From the NCBI RefSeq assembly GCF_003334335.1, contig NZ_QOWQ01000104.1: a DNA stretch of 1,513 nucleotides. One strand, written 5' to 3'. The stretch is from Escherichia coli. Its GTDB lineage: Bacteria > Pseudomonadota > Gammaproteobacteria > Enterobacterales > Enterobacteriaceae. Shown piece after piece: positions 1-1,513 of this stretch (its first letter is position 1; each line of letters starts with the position of its first letter). Made by a program: the position numbers and the translations under genes. The notes below the pieces were generated by a model. The model was not told the origin of the DNA, did not search any database, and was given only the letters and a program-made list of their open reading frames with translations.

Positions 1-65
1 AGTTATCGTGAGAGTAATTCATCGGCACGTTAAATCATATCAGGCGTAATACCACAACCCTTAAG

Positions 66-392
66 TTAGCGCTTATGGGCATACACCCCGACTCTCCTGG
101 CTGTTGCTGACTGCCAGTGCCAGCGTCCTTCAAAACAGGCTCCGTCCCCCTGGCTGCAGAATCCGCTGAACCAGATGCACGGCTCTTCCATAAACCTGCC
201 GTTGCTGAGCCGGATAACACGCTGGCGGAGGTCAATCCCGAAAATGCCACAGACCTCCCTGAAGTCCCCATACGCGTTTTCATACCAGTTGCTGTCAGCA
301 TGATGCTGACGGTACCAGTCGCGGGCTTTTTCCTGTGCGGTGGAGGATAGCTCATTCAGTGTATACACGGTGGTGGTGATAATTCTGCTCAT
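66..392 (-). CDS. Hypothetical protein, 108 aa, unrecognised family; sits where a CbeA-type antitoxin is usually found
   Basis: ORF with ATG at 390-392 and TAA stop at 66-68, co-directional with and 18 nt downstream of the yeeT-like gene, with a plausible SD. The translation looks like a globular protein (W/Y/F-rich, mixed charge, four Cys at residues 48, 72, 79, 86 with C-x6-C-x6-C spacing). It lacks the GARLVQEGN..LHYLADRAG..GSCGYVY features I recall for CbeA/YeeU/YfjZ antitoxins. The alternative overlapping frame (35..355) translates to low-complexity S/G/T/A-rich sequence, so this frame is preferred. Confidence 0.6.
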   Translation of the reverse strand: MSRIITTTVYTLNELSSTAQEKARDWYRQHHADSNWYENAYGDFREVCGIFGIDLRQRVIRLSNGRFMEEPCIWFSGFCSQGDGACFEGRWHWQSATARRVGVYAHKR

Positions 393-399
393 CAGAGTG

Positions 400-404
400 C
401 CCTT
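400..404 (-). promoter_or_regulatory. Weak Shine-Dalgarno (AAGGG) for the 108-aa ORF
   Basis: Minus-strand sequence TGAGTCAGTAAGGGCACTCTGATG: AAGGG followed by a 7-nt spacer before the ATG at 390-392; the yeeT-like stop is 18 nt upstream of that ATG. Confidence 0.4.
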
Positions 405-410
405 ACTGAC

Positions 411-632
411 TCAGTTCAGAGTGACGTTCATCAGCCGGACATACGGGCCAAAACTGTCCTTACGGCGTTCAGCAAACACGGCCAGCACACCGGGAATATC
501 CTGCACTTCACGACCGGTATACGCCTCAGCACTGCCGTGCCAGCGGTATTTGCCGGTACAGAAAGGAAAAAGACGGGATGCCGGATGTTGTTGGTGAATA
601 CGCATGGCTTCACCACGGGTGATGATTTTCAT
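411..632 (-). CDS. yeeT: YeeT/YkfH family protein (DUF987), 73 aa
   Basis: 73-aa ORF (MKIITRGEAMRIHQQHPASRLFPFCTGKYRWHGSAEAYTGREVQDIPGVLAVFAERRKDSFGPYVRLMNVTLN) with TGA stop at 411-413 and a good SD. Its length and position immediately downstream of the radC-like gene match the yeeS-yeeT / ykfG-ykfH arrangement in E. coli cryptic prophages. Confidence 0.85.
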   Translation of the reverse strand: MKIITRGEAMRIHQQHPASRLFPFCTGKYRWHGSAEAYTGREVQDIPGVLAVFAERRKDSFGPYVRLMNVTLN

Positions 633-640
633 AGTGTGAT

Positions 641-646
641 ACCTCT
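641..646 (-). promoter_or_regulatory. Shine-Dalgarno (AGAGGT) for the yeeT-like gene
   Basis: Minus-strand sequence CAGAGGTATCACACTATG: GAGGT followed by an 8-nt spacer before the ATG at 630-632. Confidence 0.5.
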
Positions 647-694
647 GAAGACAGAAGATAAAAGTGCAAACAAGCGTGATGTGGTTGTGACGGG

Positions 695-1171
695 TTAAAG
701 CAGACCATGTTCGGCAAAGGAGAAAACCTGGTTGCCACCGACTATCAGATGGTCCGGCACCCGGATATCCACCAGGCCCAGTGCCTGTACCAGACGTTCC
801 GTGATAAGGCGGTCTGCCTTGCTGGGTGTGACTTCACCGGACGGGTGATTGTGCGCCAGCACCACGGCAGCGGCATTGTGGTACAGGGCGCGTTTAATCA
901 CTTCCCGGGGATGGACTTCCGTGCGGTTGATGGTGCCGGTGAAGAGGGTTTCACCGGCAATCAGTTGATTCTGGTTATTCAGATACAGCACCCGGAATTC
1001 TTCACGCTCCAGTCCCGCCATGTTCAGAATCAGCCATTCCCGTGCCGCACGGGTGGAGGTGAAGGCCACGCCGGGTTCATGAAGATGGCGGTCCAGAGTT
1101 TTCAGGGCCCGCAGAATGAGACTGCGCTCGCCGGGCGTCATCTCTCCGGGCAGAAAGGAAAGTTGTTGCAT
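695..1171 (-). CDS. yeeS: RadC-like JAB/JAMM domain protein (DUF2466; YeeS/YkfG/YfjY family), 158 aa from the SD-supported start; alternative start at 1186 gives 163 aa
   Basis: Continuous minus-strand ORF with TAA stop at 695-697. Translation contains the JAMM signature HNHPSGEVTPSKAD (H-x-H-x7-S-x2-D) with an upstream Glu (NRTEVHPRE). It is short and lacks the N-terminal helix-hairpin-helix region of chromosomal RadC, as is typical of the prophage paralogues. K-12 paralogues are annotated at different in-frame Met starts, so the 5' end is uncertain; the exact paralogue cannot be assigned from sequence alone. Confidence 0.9.
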   Translation of the reverse strand: MQQLSFLPGEMTPGERSLILRALKTLDRHLHEPGVAFTSTRAAREWLILNMAGLEREEFRVLYLNNQNQLIAGETLFTGTINRTEVHPREVIKRALYHNAAAVVLAHNHPSGEVTPSKADRLITERLVQALGLVDIRVPDHLIVGGNQVFSFAEHGLL

Positions 1172-1178
1172 TGTGCTT

Positions 1179-1184
1179 CTCTCC
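1179..1184 (-). promoter_or_regulatory. Shine-Dalgarno-like GGAGAG upstream of the second in-frame ATG of the radC-like gene
   Basis: Minus-strand sequence reads ATGGAGAGAAGCACAATG. GGAG lies 9 nt upstream of the ATG at 1169-1171, whereas the first ATG at 1184-1186 has no purine-rich motif upstream (TATGCGCATCATCGACTGA). Confidence 0.45.
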
Positions 1185-1186
1185 AT

Positions 1187-1513
1187 TCAGTCGATGATGC
1201 GCATAATGGCGCTGCATTCCGGATGCTGCAGGGCGTAATCCCGCAACCGGTAATAATGGACCGTCATGGCATAACACTCCGTACGACAGGCATGATGACT
1301 GTACGTCATCAGACAGGCAGCAATGCCGGCAGCTTCCGGACTCATTTCAGCGCGGTTACCGTTCATGGCATTGAACAGTACCCATGTTTCGTCATCATCG
1401 TCATCCGGTTCGGGTGCCATAAATGCCCCGCCGTTGTTCAGGGTGTACAGATTCCAGATACCACCGCAGTAGTCTTCACACAGACGGTCCATCCAGCCGA
1501 AGACACGGGGCTC
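1187..1513 (-). CDS. klcA: Antirestriction protein, KlcA/ArdB family (YfjX/YafX-like); partial, 5' end beyond window edge
   Basis: Minus-strand frame is open from the window edge (reads EPRVFGW before the first in-window Met at 1492) to a TGA stop at 1187-1189. The translation (LCEDYCGGIWNLYTLNNGGAFMAPEPDDDDDETWVLFNAMNGNRAEMSPEAAGIAACLMTYSHHACR) matches my recollection of KlcA/ArdB-type antirestriction proteins found next to radC-like genes in E. coli prophage islands. About 108 codons are visible; full-length members are roughly 140-150 aa, so about 35-45 N-terminal residues are probably missing. Confidence 0.8.
   Translation of the reverse strand, partial: EPRVFGWMDRLCEDYCGGIWNLYTLNNGGAFMAPEPDDDDDETWVLFNAMNGNRAEMSPEAAGIAACLMTYSHHACRTECYAMTVHYYRLRDYALQHPECSAIMRIID

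Noticed and set aside
1-65. Possible start of the next downstream gene (minus-strand ATG at 20-22, reading MNYSHDN) or a terminator after the 108-aa gene
   Set aside because: Only about 20 nt of potential coding sequence is visible, there is no SD-like motif upstream of the ATG, and no GC-rich hairpin with a T-tract is apparent. Too little sequence to call either feature.
117-350. 77-aa plus-strand ORF antisense to the 108-aa gene
   Set aside because: Antisense to a better-supported gene, with no recognisable SD or promoter and a biased (P/A/V-rich) translation; most likely a chance open frame.
35-355. 106-aa minus-strand ORF overlapping the 108-aa gene in another frame
   Set aside because: Translation is low-complexity and S/G/T/A/R-rich, typical of an out-of-frame read through a real gene in GC-rich DNA. 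It is not positioned relative to the upstream gene stop and SD the way the 66..392 frame is.
66-392. Calling the 108-aa gene a CbeA/YeeU-family antitoxin (cbeA) purely from its position
   Set aside because: The sequence lacks the conserved features I recall for CbeA/YeeU/YfjZ; a positional guess would be unsupported, so it is left as hypothetical.
340-597. 85-aa plus-strand ORF antisense to the yeeT-like gene
   Set aside because: Overlaps the well-supported yeeT-like gene on the opposite strand; the translation is hydrophobic then R/S-rich with no recognisable domain. Treated as spurious.
431-616. 61-aa minus-strand ORF inside the yeeT-like gene in an alternate frame
   Set aside because: Fully nested in an alternate frame of the yeeT-like gene, which has a good SD and matches a known family; no independent support.
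633-694. Internal sigma70 promoter for yeeT in the 62-bp spacer
   Set aside because: The best candidates (TTGCAC or TTGTTT as -35; TATCTT or TTTTAT as -10) do not pair at 16-18 bp spacing, so no promoter feature is called.
1077-1277. 66-aa minus-strand ORF spanning the antirestriction / radC-like junction in an alternate frame
   Set aside because: Out-of-frame overlap across two well-supported genes; R/A/P-rich translation characteristic of frame artefacts.
1-1513. CRISPR array, IS element, tRNA or rRNA
   Set aside because: No spaced direct repeats, terminal inverted repeats, transposase-like ORFs or tRNA-like structures were seen; the window is almost entirely accounted for by the four protein-coding genes.

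Overview
The window holds one co-directional, tightly packed gene cassette on the minus strand, read from high to low coordinates: (1) a 5'-truncated KlcA/ArdB-type antirestriction gene (1187..1513, start lies beyond the window edge); (2) a short RadC-like JAB/JAMM-domain gene (695..1171 or ..1186) with an intact HxHx7Sx2D metal-binding motif; (3) a 73-aa YeeT/YkfH-like DUF987 gene (411..632); (4) a 108-aa gene of unrecognised family (66..392). The first three match the accessory module found in E. coli cryptic prophages and integrative islands (CP4-44, CP4-57, CP4-6 type), which normally ends in a CbeA/CbtA type IV toxin-antitoxin pair. Here the slot where the CbeA-family antitoxin would sit is taken by a protein that does not resemble CbeA/YeeU/YfjZ as I recall them. 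That 108-aa gene, and whatever partner lies beyond position 1, is the most interesting candidate for an undescribed function (alternative antitoxin or anti-defence factor). No tRNA, rRNA, CRISPR, IS element or long repeat is visible. All assignments rest on reading the translations and on recalled family knowledge; no database search was run.
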